From Nymphaea colorata (Eukaryota), in assembly GCF_008831285.2 (NCBI RefSeq), contig NC_045138.2:30070001-30134000 (forward strand): 64,000 nt of DNA, read 5' to 3'. The translations under genes were made by a program, and so were the position numbers. The notes beneath the pieces were generated by a model. That model saw only the letters and a list, made by a program, of their open reading frames with translations, had not been told where the DNA came from and searched no databases. Every line of letters starts with the position of its first letter. Within the stretch, counting starts at the first letter, position 1. Shown here in pieces: positions 53,001-64,000 of this stretch.

Positions 53001-55607
53001 AATTATTATCCACGGGCAAGTATCTTCCCCAGCATTGTTGACTATACAGACTGCCCATATTCTTGGCCTTTCTGTCGTCAGCCTCTTTATGCTGGAGCAA
53101 TGCCAGTAATCTTCAATGCCACTATTCTTAATGGGATGGGCGTGATTGGATATGTTGAGAATCCACCTGTTTGGCAGCCGTCTGATGAAGTTGGCAACCT
53201 GTTAAGCATCCATTTCAGTTACTCTGACGTTATATGGCCGTGGACTGGATTTTTAGGACTCCATATGCAGATCAAGGAAGAAGGATCTCAGTTTTCAGGG
53301 CTTATTGAAGGCAATGTGACTGTCAACATCTATAGCCCACCAGCCAGAGGAGAAAAAGTCCCCAGGAGAAGTACATGCGTTCTTCAGCTAAAACTGAAGG
53401 TGATCCCAACTCCTCCAAGGTCAAGACGTATCCTTTGGGACCAATACCATAATATCAAGTACCCTCCTGGCTACATCCCAAGAGATTCCTTGGATGTACG
53501 GAATGACATACTTGATTGGCATGGCGATCACTTGCATACTAATTTCCATATCATGTTTAACATGTTGAGGGATGCTGGTTACTATGTTGAAACTCTTGGT
53601 TCACCGCTAACCTGTTTTGATGCCAGTCAATATGGGACGCTGCTTATGGTTGACCTTGAGGATGAGTATTACAGGGAAGAGATTGCTAAACTGAGGACTG
53701 ATGTTATTGATCATGGTCTAGGTCTTGTGGTGTTTGCGGAGTGGTATAATGTGGAAACAATGGTCAAAATGAGATTTTTTGATGACAACACAAGGAGTTG
53801 GTGGACACCTGTAACTGGAGGTGCAAACGTTCCAGCATTAAACGAGCTTTTGAAGCCTTTTGGGATTGCTTTTGGTGACAAGATCCTGAATGGGGATTTC
53901 TCTATCAATGGTGAGCAGAGCCACTATGCATCGGGAGCAGATATAGTGCAATTTCCACGAGGTGGTTATCTACATAAATTCCGGCTTCATGATAGCTCAG
54001 AGAGTGGTGCCACACAGAACATACTGCAGACTTCGGGTATGACAAAGGTGAGCACTCCGTATCATTTTCCTAGCTGGCAATGAACAGTATTTCTCTTTGG
54101 TTATGCATTTGGATTGCATCTGAGGTCCTTAAGGTTTGCACTTTTTCCTGATCTACCGCATCAAATAAACTACGGTTTCATGTTTTTTGAGGACCTGAGT
54201 TCCCGCATTTGCATCAAGGTAGTCTGATCTTTGGGAGGTGTCCCTGGAGATCAAGGACAAACAGATACTTCCGAGAGTCTCCTAGGTTCAGTGTTGCTGT
54301 TTGAGGAACCAGCTTCTCAGATGGCCTGCTTAGCTTTTTAACCAAAGTCATGTTCTCTTACAGTCTGTACTGACTAGCATATCTACAGGTTGAATCAGCT
54401 ATTCTTGGACTTGTTGAGATGGGTGGTGGCCGGATAGCTGTCTATGGTGACTCCAACTGCCTGGACAGTAGCCATATGGTGACCAACTGCTATTGGCTTC
54501 TTCAAAAGATGCTGGATTACACCAGCAAGAAAGTTAAAGATCCAGTTCTTTTCACGGACACTGTGAGACAAGCATATGCATTACACAAGGACGAAAACCA
54601 ATTGCCATCACGCCGCACCGACCTGAACTTTTCAAGGTATTCTGCAGTTACAGACAAGGAGCTGATCTGCAGGAAAGATGCCAGGTTTGAGGTGTGGGGA
54701 ACAAAAGGCTATGGATTTATAGTTGCTGGAAATAACAGAAAGTTACCTGGGTATCCAAGTGCTGATGGAAGAGGTTTGGGGGTTCCAAACATGACCGCAA
54801 GCGACATTGATCTGGAACTAGGAAATACTTGGCAAGAGAATAATGGGAAGGGCAGTGTTGAGAAGAAAGGCCTAGGAGGGACACTGTCCACCTATATTTC
54901 GAGTGTAAATTACAACAAAAAAATGGATTTCTGGAGTTTACTCAACAGAGATGAGGTAAATAGTTCGGATGCATACGAACTCCATTAGGCTTTAAGCATA
55001 TTCTACTGAGAAAAGTAATTTCATACACACAACCATTTCCCCCTTTTTTTTGAGGGAAACAGCTGAATTCACATATCTAAGTGTGTTTATTATTATGGGT
55101 TTTTCCTGGCATCTTCAGAACATTCACTTAGCATGTGCTGCCTGCAGGTTGATATGCTGAATATAGGTGCTGCTCAATGGCTTGTACCGACGTTTGTTGC
55201 GCTTACTGGTAATTATTATAAAGATTTCTGCTTTCTCATTCTCCGAATGGATAGGCATGTAGCATGATGGTCCTCCATTGCTCGGGACCGTCAGACTACG
55301 TCTACGAGGGTCCATGCGGCCATGCCTGGTGATGGTGCTCATGTCTGTAAACACTATGGGTCAAAAGAAAAGTTAGTAATTCAAGGTCGTCTAGTTTTTA
55401 ATGATCAAGAAAGAACTTGAGTAAAACACATTCATGGGCGCTAGCACCAGGCCAGGATTCCAAGCCTTGTTTTGCAAATGTTTGTTCATTGATAATAATA
55501 AGCCCTTTTGCTGCCTTTTAGGTCTTCTTTTATGCCTGAGCTTGTGGCAAATGCGACAGCGGCGACCCAAGAGACGAAAAGGGTCCGGTCGCCTCATGAA
55601 CTTGTAA
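47014..55607 (+). CDS. SBT6.1: Site-1 protease (subtilisin-like SBT6.1 / MBTPS1 orthologue), 10 exons, ~1052 aa
   Basis: Exons 47014-47538, 48181-48309, 49098-49250, 49990-50106, 51387-51571, 52574-52837, 52976-54047, 54389-54955, 55148-55208, 55522-55607; 3159 nt in frame. Catalytic IFDTG, GHGT and GTSVASP; oxyanion GNDG; RGLL prodomain site; [18 protein letters not shown]-terminal TM plus basic tail RQRRPKRRK. Confidence 0.95.
52861..52886. repeat. (TC)n microsatellite in an SBT6.1 intron
   Basis: Directly visible. Confidence 0.95.
55252..55467 (+). ncRNA. Candidate intronic structured RNA (multi-helix) in the last SBT6.1 intron
   Basis: 20-bp helix 55324-55343/55433-55452 (19/20 paired, 3 G:U), hairpin 55252-55304 and helix GGGUCC/GGAUUC. 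Folded by eye only; a decayed MITE is an alternative. Confidence 0.3.
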
Positions 55608-56599
55608 TCTTGCTAGGGATTGTAAAATTCTTGTTAGCCAACAGAGCCGCCATGCAGTGGTCTGATGTTCTTCTGCACAGAAGATGTACCTTGTAGCGAG
55701 ACGTCTTCAGGCATGGCAGCGGTGGAGGATCATCCTCGTGACCTGCAGCACAGAAGGCTAGATCCGGTCCAGCGTTTTCATTTTTCAATGTAAGATAATC
55801 GGGTTATCATTTTGGGCACCACGTAAGCGATTTTTAGCGTGGTGAATATCTGTATAGTGTTCCACGAACTGCAGAGCTCCGAGATGGTAACTTTGGACGG
55901 TTGTCCTCCATGATCAACAAAAGCTGACCTGAGGTAATTCTTTTAGTTGCTGAATTGAAGGAATTGGTGCCATCCAGTGGAGTTTTTGAGGCTGCTCCAT
56001 GGTGCTCAACTCCATGGATTTCAACATCAGAAACTAGTTTTTTTTGCACTCTATGGACTTCAAAAGGTTCGGAGAGCCTCAGCGACTGACAGACTCGAAA
56101 AGTTCCTGCAATATGTTGCTTTCTTGTCTGAAATTTCTCTAACCGACTCTTTATTTGTTATGACAAATGTTCATTAAACTAGAGGAGATTTAACGGAGGA
56201 TGCCGCATCATAGTCATGTTTGTTTGATATGAGAATTGATCTGAGAACTGTGCCTTGTACATTCATGTGCTCAATCTTTCCCGCTCCTCACGTTCGTGCA
56301 AGAAAATCTACGAAAAGATGGATTTCGGAATCGCAACCAATAACATCAAGCAAGATAGAAATTTTTCAGCTGAAAATCTTTCCTTTTACTAAGTGAGATG
56401 CTCAAACATGAACAACAACTTCTTACCTTCCCTTTTCTCCACAAAGGAAAGTAGAAGAGCCAGGAACCCATTCAAGAAGGCAACTCGATCAAGCTCGTCC
56501 TTCATGTTTCACACAAACGAGAAGAAAAACTGAGAATAAGAAGTGGAAAAGGTTGCGTATACCAACAGCGAGGGGAGCAACGCAAAGGGTCGCCGTCGC

Positions 56600-57136
56600 T
56601 CAAATATAGGCTTCATCCAAGATGGGCCTTTCATCTCTCTTCTCTCTCTGCTGATCTTCCTGCTGCTGCACCTCGTCTAACCCTTCCAATCCATCGACGC
56701 AAGCCGGCCCGTCATCTTCCGAGCTCCGCACGTTGAGTCCCAGCACCCGGTCGCCGGACCCTTCCCAACCCTTTCCACGGCCAACGACCACATCATCGCC
56801 GATAGCCGCCGGGATGATGTCCTTGCCAGAGCAAGGGCCGCGATGGCGTTCCTCATCTGCGGATGGGGCACCTAGCAGATAATCCGGCAGGCCTCCGTCG
56901 GTAGGCGGCGGATTGTCCACGCATCTCTTTCCAGAGTAGCCATCGTCATCCTCACGATGGCGGAGGCGGCCGGGGAGGACGGATCCGATGGCGTCGGCCG
57001 CCTTGAGGAAGGCCAACTTGATGGCGTCGGGGGGAAGGGCGCAGTCCTCCAAGCCCGCGTCTTCCAACCTCGGTGGGGCGATCTTCAGCAGCCCCTCCGC
57101 TTGTGACGACGTCGCTTGTGCCTCTATCTCTTCCAT
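56600..57136 (-). CDS. Intronless acidic protein of unknown function, ~178 aa
   Basis: GC-rich ORF. ATG at 57136 in ACTATGG context, preceded by a CT-rich leader. Motif PPRLEDAGLEDCALPPDAIKLAFLKAA; Asp/Glu/Gly-rich remainder; ends RPILDEAYI. Confidence 0.8.
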   Translation of the reverse strand: MEEIEAQATSSQAEGLLKIAPPRLEDAGLEDCALPPDAIKLAFLKAADAIGSVLPGRLRHREDDDGYSGKRCVDNPPPTDGGLPDYLLGAPSADEERHRGPCSGKDIIPAAIGDDVVVGRGKGWEGSGDRVLGLNVRSSEDDGPACVDGLEGLDEVQQQEDQQREKRDERPILDEAYI

Positions 57137-58350
57137 AGTCTCCCGACTCCCCCACTTTGGCAACAGCACCGGAAAGAACGAAAAACGCAGGGAGAAACGT
57201 CGAAAATCCGAGAGAGAGAGAGAGAGAGCGTCGCAAAATTGGTTCCACCATTTTCATCCATATTTCTAGTCAAAACCGGTTTTCGTCTCCCCAAATAAGG
57301 ACTTACTTTTGCTACCACTGTTAAATAGTGGCTTACTTTTTCCGTTTACCCATATTTGTAGTTAAAATATCAGTTAACTTGAAAAAACCAGTGGTTGCCA
57401 TTTTTTTTTTGGTGCAAGAATGAAGACACTTTTTATCGGGTAACAACATCTTCAATTGTTCTGTATTGATAGTGTTTTATCTCTCCGTTATTGATATTGT
57501 GAAGTATTTTTCTACGAGAGGCCTTTATCTTGTGGTTCTGCTTACCCTCTAGAAAACTGCATCCATGGCAAGTAAAATCAGCCTGTTCTCTCAACTAAAA
57601 AATGTCTCCTCTGGAGCCATCCTTTGCTCTTTAGAGCCCAAGCTCTGCTACCTTACTGTCTAAGAGCACACTCTTCGTAAGGAATGTGAACAACCTCTCA
57701 GTCAACTCTTAAGGCTATTTGGCTTATCACTATATCCGTATGCATCTACCAAGGAGTCTCAAAGCTTGGATACCTTGTTCATTAAGTAGTGCACTTAAAC
57801 TATTAAAAAATTAGAATACACCAAATGGTTGTCAAGCTCAGTCGTCAAGCTTGGCTCATTTAAACAAGTGAGCTTCAGCCCAACTCGTTTGTGTAAGCAA
57901 GCAAGCTGGAAAAACACATCACTGTTGCCTTAGTTATACACAAGCATTCATTCCTGAATGGCTCCCAATGTTGGTCTATGTGGCCTTCGCTTTGAATCAC
58001 CTACCAATCTTCTGAATGGGAATACGGTGGTTGCTTTCTTACAAACCATTATGGAGTACTAATCCAATTACCCAAAATTTTAAGGTAATCAAAGTGCACG
58101 AAGTTAAGCTCTGAAAAATCAGCTCCCACGAGAAAAGGTATATTGAAATTTGGACAACTTTAACTTCAGTAGGCGGGGTTCTCAATTAAACCGAAAAGAC
58201 ATCTTTTCTATTTCCATTTTCAACAATTTATGGTGACAACAATGGATGGTAAGTGCGCTTGTAGCAGCTGATCTGAATGCATATCCATTGGCTTAAAACT
58301 TGGTAGGCCCGATTTGCCGTCAAGAAATGGATGCATACCCTGCACCTTAT

Positions 58351-58408
58351 AGTGAATAGGAGGTTAACCCACAGCCAGAAGTGAATAGGAGGTTAACCCA
58401 CAGCCAGA
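58351..58408. repeat. Two-copy tandem duplication, 29-bp unit
   Basis: AGTGAATAGGAGGTTAACCCACAGCCAGA twice, identical. Confidence 0.95.
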
Positions 58409-58560
58409 AAAAGACCTGAAGGTTCCCCCTTTCCTTATGCTTTCAAGGTCTTGACTTGTGTCGGGACCTGTGTGGAGTACGATATGCCCTTCAACTTAAG
58501 TTGCAATCTCCCTTCTTACGATTATAGAGAATAACGTTGGCATGAATCAAACAAGTAACA

Positions 58561-58610
58561 TGCCTTCTACATGCTTGCCTACCCTTGCCTTCTACATGCT
58601 TGCCTACCCT
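58561..58610. repeat. Two-copy tandem duplication, 25-bp unit
   Basis: TGCCTTCTACATGCTTGCCTACCCT twice, identical. Confidence 0.95.
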
Positions 58611-59703
58611 GACCAACTATGCAATGTCCATTGAAATGCCTACCTTGCACCCTACATCTCACACATCCGAAAACATTTGTAAATGAAATGAACGAGCCAG
58701 TAGCGCCAGTGACAAGGTTCAGAAACTCAGAAAGTTTGCGAAACTGTATATTTTCCCTCCAACATATCGATCGTGCAACATTGAAAAATCAGAGCTGAAT
58801 TTTCTGCAACTTCCGTGTCCTCGAAGTGGGAACAATCTTTAGCTTCCGATATTAGACACACTGCCGACAAAAATTGGCAGGAAAAGTATCCTAATAGAAT
58901 AAGAACCCCGACGTCTGAGATCATGTTTCGGATGCTACCCTGACTTGGCACTCATGAGAAACATGAAGCATTCTTTGCCAGATGAAGACAACAGGAAAAA
59001 GTTTTTTCGTTCAATCTACTCGAGTTCAGTTCAAACGAGGTCAAGCAATGCAAGCTCTTACTTGGATTCGGAACCGGAAGATTGCTTGATCCACTGGCAA
59101 CCTAGGAGAAGCGAGCAGCAAAAAAAGAAAAAAAAATTATCGTACCACGTCACTCCAGCCCCACATCAACCCTGTCAAACTAAATAGCCTAAAAATACAG
59201 AACCCTCTTTCAATTCCAAATTAATTGACAACAAACCTGGGACGAAGGCTGTCCGCACGTCATTTGACAGGAGAAAGCACTTGCTTAACTGTGGCCACAG
59301 CTTTCTGTTTCAAAGGCCAGAAGGCAACTTGGACCTTGCTGTTTCAATAAATATGCTGGGCCGAGTTGCCACTTCAGCTTAAAACAGCATATGCTAACGC
59401 GTAGCATTATTCTCAATTTCTAAAAGCCAAATAAAGGTATCTTAAAATGTTCATACTTGCCACCAAATAGACGTGCCACATTCTAAACTCCCTGCTAATT
59501 CATTATTCAGTTTCAAAGGAAAGGCCAAACAACAGAAAACAGATTCACAGGATAGTATCTAAGACAGAACCATCATCTTCAGAGGAGATAATATACACCA
59601 CAGTCACTCCAGCCTAGATAGCACATTCCAAGACAATATTCCATGCGTTATTTCCCCGCAATAAATGGAAAAAAATGCAGTTTCCTGTGTCAGGTAGCTT
59701 AAC

Positions 59704-62700
59704 TTAACACTCACAACCAGATGATCTTTGCTGCCTTCCCCCAGCCACATCAATTGTATCCGGAAGATATCTTGATGGTGACAAAAATAAGGTAAAAAAG
59801 AAAAGTCAGTATTATGAGAAATACAGTAAACGATGAGAAATGCATGAAAACGTTAACATAAAGCAAAAGAAAAGAAAAAACTCAGAAAATAGGTCGACTG
59901 CAATTTCACATAATCTCAACCCAAGAAAACCTTATCAAACTTGGCAATATAACTGGCCTAAGTCACATAGGAACGGGTACGGTTTGGGTACAGGTACGGA
60001 GATACGGGTACAGGCACCGCAAAAATAACAAAAAAAAAATCAAAATAAAACAATATTTAAATAAACAAGTAATATATAAAAACATTACATGTAAATCAAC
60101 AGTGAGTAATAACTATTAAAACAGAATGAAAATCGAGTTGGAAAAAATTAAATCAGGTAAAATTAAGCAGTTTCGCTAAAAAGTATCTAAGTGTGTCCAA
60201 GTACCTACTTTGGGTATGGGTATGGCAGCACGGGTACATGGACTTTCTTGAAGTACCCACGGCACTCTATCTATCATTGCCGGATGATCTTATACGATTC
60301 ACATGAACTAGCAGCAAATCTAAAGTATCAGAAGCATCTGATTTGACTAAAGGGTTGAATGCTATAGCTAGCAGAACAAAACATCCAAAATGATTGGTAA
60401 CTTGATTGGATCACAATTTCTGGTTGACCAAAGGGAAATCCAGTCATAGTAATGATAAATACTTACATTTCTTCTTCAGGCTCATTCTTCAGTGCATTCT
60501 TTGCTATACACTCGAAAGCAGCCTCTACATTTATACCTTCCTTAGCAGAGGTTTCAAAGTAGGGTATGTTTCCCTTAGAAGCACACCATGCTCTCGCCTT
60601 TTTCTCAGATACCTATAAAGATGCATGCACTACGTGTCAAAACATGAAATATCTAAAACTCCAGATGTTAAAAACACCTGCTGGAAAGAAAGAAATATAT
60701 TGCCCAGACACTAAGAGACTTACAACTCGGCTGTTCCCACCATCTACATCTACCTTGTTCCCCAATACCACAAAAGGAAAATTTTCTGGGTCTGATGGGC
60801 TTGCCTGAAAGTGGTTGAAATAAGAACATCAAATCTTCAAAATGTAATCATAATCTTTAAATAGTATGGGAGGAAAAAACAGTTACTTGAATAAGGAACT
60901 CCTCACGCCAATTGTTGAGATTATCAAATGACTTCATAACGTTTACATCATAAACAAGAACACAGCAGTCTGCTCCACGGTAGAAAGCCACGCCTAGACT
61001 CTGAAACCTCTCCTGACCAGCTGTATCCCATATCTAATATTGCACACCACCAGACTCCAGAGTAAGTTGAAGAACCGAAATAGTGAAACCTTTTTCTTCT
61101 TTCTATGCCAGTACATGTTCAACGCTATTGCAGGTTAAACGAGACATTAGAAAGATGGACAAAGAAGGAAATGGATACAGAACACAAGAACCACATGCAG
61201 AGACAGTGTGACAAAAGCTGATAAACCTTTGTCTCTTAATTGCATCAGGCAATGCTGAAAGCCAACCACTTCAATTTCAATCATTCTCATCAATATCGTT
61301 CTCAAACAATTATTTAGACAGGAAATTTTCCTATAAAACTTAAAAAGTTTGGAAATTTTGATACATTCAGTTAGAAAATAATTAGATGCAAAACAAGAGG
61401 TTTTCACAATATTTTCTTACAAATACAGGCAAACAGTTACAAAAAATTTTATAGCAAGAGGTCTCCACAGTATTTTTTTACAAAAATAAAAGAAAGCAAT
61501 TAAGAAACAAAAAAGGTACAGTTAAAAGTTAAAACACATAAATAAGAGACCCTTTTATAGAAGTTACAATAATATGATAACAATGACATCTGTAAAAAAA
61601 TGCAATTTCAAGATTTTAGTGGTTGATGAAAAAATGCGTAGATATTGTCATTTTTCAAAAAGCATCAGTGGCACTATACCCATTCAGTATCAGACGGAAG
61701 AAGGTTCTTCTGGCCCAGCAAATTCATGTTTAACACCAAATAAAGCAAACCAATGTCAAGAAGATAGAGAATACAAGATCTATGGAAAACGACTACTGAT
61801 TGACCAGTCCCCTCCACATATTGGCCTTGATATAGAAAAAGCCAAAGACAGAAAAACGGCAAACATAGTGAATTTTCAAGTCAACATTTATGTAATAGCA
61901 AAAGGACTGAACAAGGTGGCAGTTCCATTATTCCTCACGATGCTAGGCCACAGGCTGAGTAGCGTGTAAAGATCCACTTTCAGTTATTGCCTGCAGAAAC
62001 TTTGCTCCATTTACAGTTTAGATCATTGGATGTCAATGCAGTTTGACTGAATTGCACTATTTGGTTCTTGAGTTTGGTTCTTGACTTTTCCCTTAGAAAA
62101 ACAAAAAACAAAAAAAGAGGTTCCTTCATAATTCATAGGAAAATGAGTATGCTTCTTCACTCATGAGGACTCTAGTGCTTCAGATTAGACAGAGAGATGC
62201 TACTTCAAGGATTTGGTTGCCTCAACTATTAAAGAAGTGGACCAGGATGAAATGTAAAACACAACTAATAATCCATGAACCCATATATACCACTGGTGCC
62301 AATCTCTACATCAGTGATCTAAATCAGGATGAAATAAAATCATGCCAGAACTTTTAAAAAAAAAAAAAAAATAGCTAAGGTATGGTGCATATTCAACCAT
62401 AATCAACAATAGCAAACTAAATCCCAAATCCCAATCTGTTCCTACTTCTTTTACTTTATAGTTTATACTTTAAGACTTTGCTGACAGTCTACTGTTGCTG
62501 ATCGATCTACTGCAAGCTGAAACCTGCAAATTGCGGTGGCTGAACTAAGGGGGAAAAATGAAACATGTTACAACATTTTTTTCTTGAAATGAAAATAGAT
62601 GTTTGGCAATGGTTGGGCCTCTGAAGCTGGTAGCCAGAAATGAAAAATATACCCAAGGAAGCAGAAACAAACACCCTTGCTTTGTTATGCATATATTACC

Positions 62701-63796
62701 ATAATGAAAAATGGATAAGGTTGTCATATACACTAGGAGTCACATTATAATATTATATACAATATTTGTTAATGTATGAAGGGCATGAGTGCAATTTATT
62801 TGCAACTCTCAATAAGTTTAGATTATGATTTTATAAACACGGAAATTTTTTTCTCTTCAAAGGAAGCTGACACTTTTTGTTTATCAAGTAGAATGATTAT
62901 TTAACTAACTAACACCTACGCTGCATAGTTCCTAAAATTTATAAACTCTACAGAAGCTCTGGATGGTCTTTCAAATTAATTGGATAAGCTTGCTTCCATT
63001 TAGAAGCCTACTTGTGAAGACAAATTTGGCTCAAGTAAACAACAGAATAGTAGCTGTAACAAGAACTTATCTCAAGAGAATTCATATTATTTTGAACTAA
63101 AGAAGAAATACAAGAGACACCAAAAATGGACCTCCCCTTCTAAAACAGACATTTAGGGAGAACACGTATGATGATAATTCTAGCTCATCAGTAAGTAGTT
63201 TAAACTTTAAACTTTAACCTAGAAAAGCCCATATATGTAGAGAAACACCATTGACTAGTGAACCGTGATATGCATCAGATTAAACACCATATTACTCTTT
63301 CATGCTACTAGGAGCTTAACCCCATTAAATTCTGATCAACACTTCCAAGGAGCGCAAAGCAGCATCCCCCCAACGCCCGCCCCCCACCCAAATTCTCATT
63401 TTTTACGTTAGTCCAACTTCAAATGCACAATTCAACAGTGGCCCAACAGGTAGATGCCAAATGATATGATTTTTTAGAAGAATCGTGCTAAAAATTTGAT
63501 ATATGCAAAAGAAAAGTAACAAAGTCAATTCCTGAAATCACAGCAAGGAATAACTACTAGGACTTCGGTTTAATAGAGACAAACAATAGGAAGGGAAGGT
63601 TAATGCTAGAGGAATAACAACGATACAGCACAGAGATCAGGGATAGACAAAGATGATACATAGAGCAAATGTATACATAAAGGGAGAGAGGGTAACCTGC
63701 AAGGTGAACAGTCTATCCTCAAACTGGACTTCTTTAGTCAGAAAATCGGCTCCAATTGTCGCTTTGTACTGGTTGCTAAACTTACGATTAACGTAT
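59704..63796 (-). CDS. RABG3: Rab7/RabG3 small GTPase, 3' part (first exons lie beyond the window)
   Basis: Exons 63697-63796, 60887-61033, 60724-60804, 60467-60612, 59704-59770. Motifs [50 protein letters not shown]-terminal CEC prenylation motif. Not in the ORF track because the exons are short. Confidence 0.95.
59958..60270. mobile_element. Non-autonomous DNA-transposon-like insertion with GGGTAC subterminal repeats in the last coding intron of RabG3
   Basis: Clusters of GGGTAC/GGTACG/GGGTAT at 59975-60012 and 60212-60258 flank an A-rich core. Termini are degenerate. Confidence 0.45.
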
Positions 63797-64000
63797 CTGA
63801 AGAAGCGATCTTAAGCGAAAACCCGTATTTACCAAGTTATCATTTGTCCCAGAGACAGGGACAAAGGAAGGAACTCTAAATCCACAAAACCCAATTTGAG
63901 ATCAAATTAAGAAATCCATAAATACATGAACAGCAAAGAGGAAAGCCTCCCTCGAGAATTGCATCATAAGGACATAATTATATCTCTAGATTTAAGGATA

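Noticed and set aside
19943..55607. Functional gene cluster (two membrane proteases plus organellar factors)
   Set aside because: The products act in different compartments and pathways; nothing in the sequence indicates co-regulation beyond ordinary synteny.
59285..59312. CCACAGCTTTCT matches part of miR396, so the minus strand might carry a target site
   Set aside because: Only ~12 contiguous nt match, both ends mismatch, and there is no hairpin; too weak for a plant target or precursor.

Overview
Eukaryotic (flowering-plant) nuclear genomic DNA. It is gene-dense except for a ~15 kb repeat-rich interval (about 4.7-19.6 kb). I reconstructed eight protein-coding genes by hand from GT-AG splice sites and reading-frame continuity: a TauE/SafE-family transporter (-), rhomboid-like RBL11 (+), a P-class PPR protein (-), an Mpv17/PMP22 protein (+), RSY3/TilS tRNA(Ile)-lysidine synthase (-), site-1 protease SBT6.1 (+), an intronless acidic protein of unknown function (-), and the 3' part of a Rab7/RabG3 GTPase (-, runs off the window). 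All complete models sum to whole codons. Non-coding DNA holds many short non-autonomous DNA transposons (hAT-like with 8-bp TSDs, Tourist-like with TTA TSD), microsatellites and at least ten two-copy tandem duplications. The most unexplained signal is a G:U-rich multi-helix fold in the last SBT6.1 intron, which splits the transmembrane anchor. Others are a candidate 3'-UTR intron or alternative last exon in RabG3, uORFs before three genes and a 25-nt micro-exon. I found no rRNA, tRNA, CRISPR or prokaryote-type system. Arabidopsis homologue assignments are from memory, not a database search.
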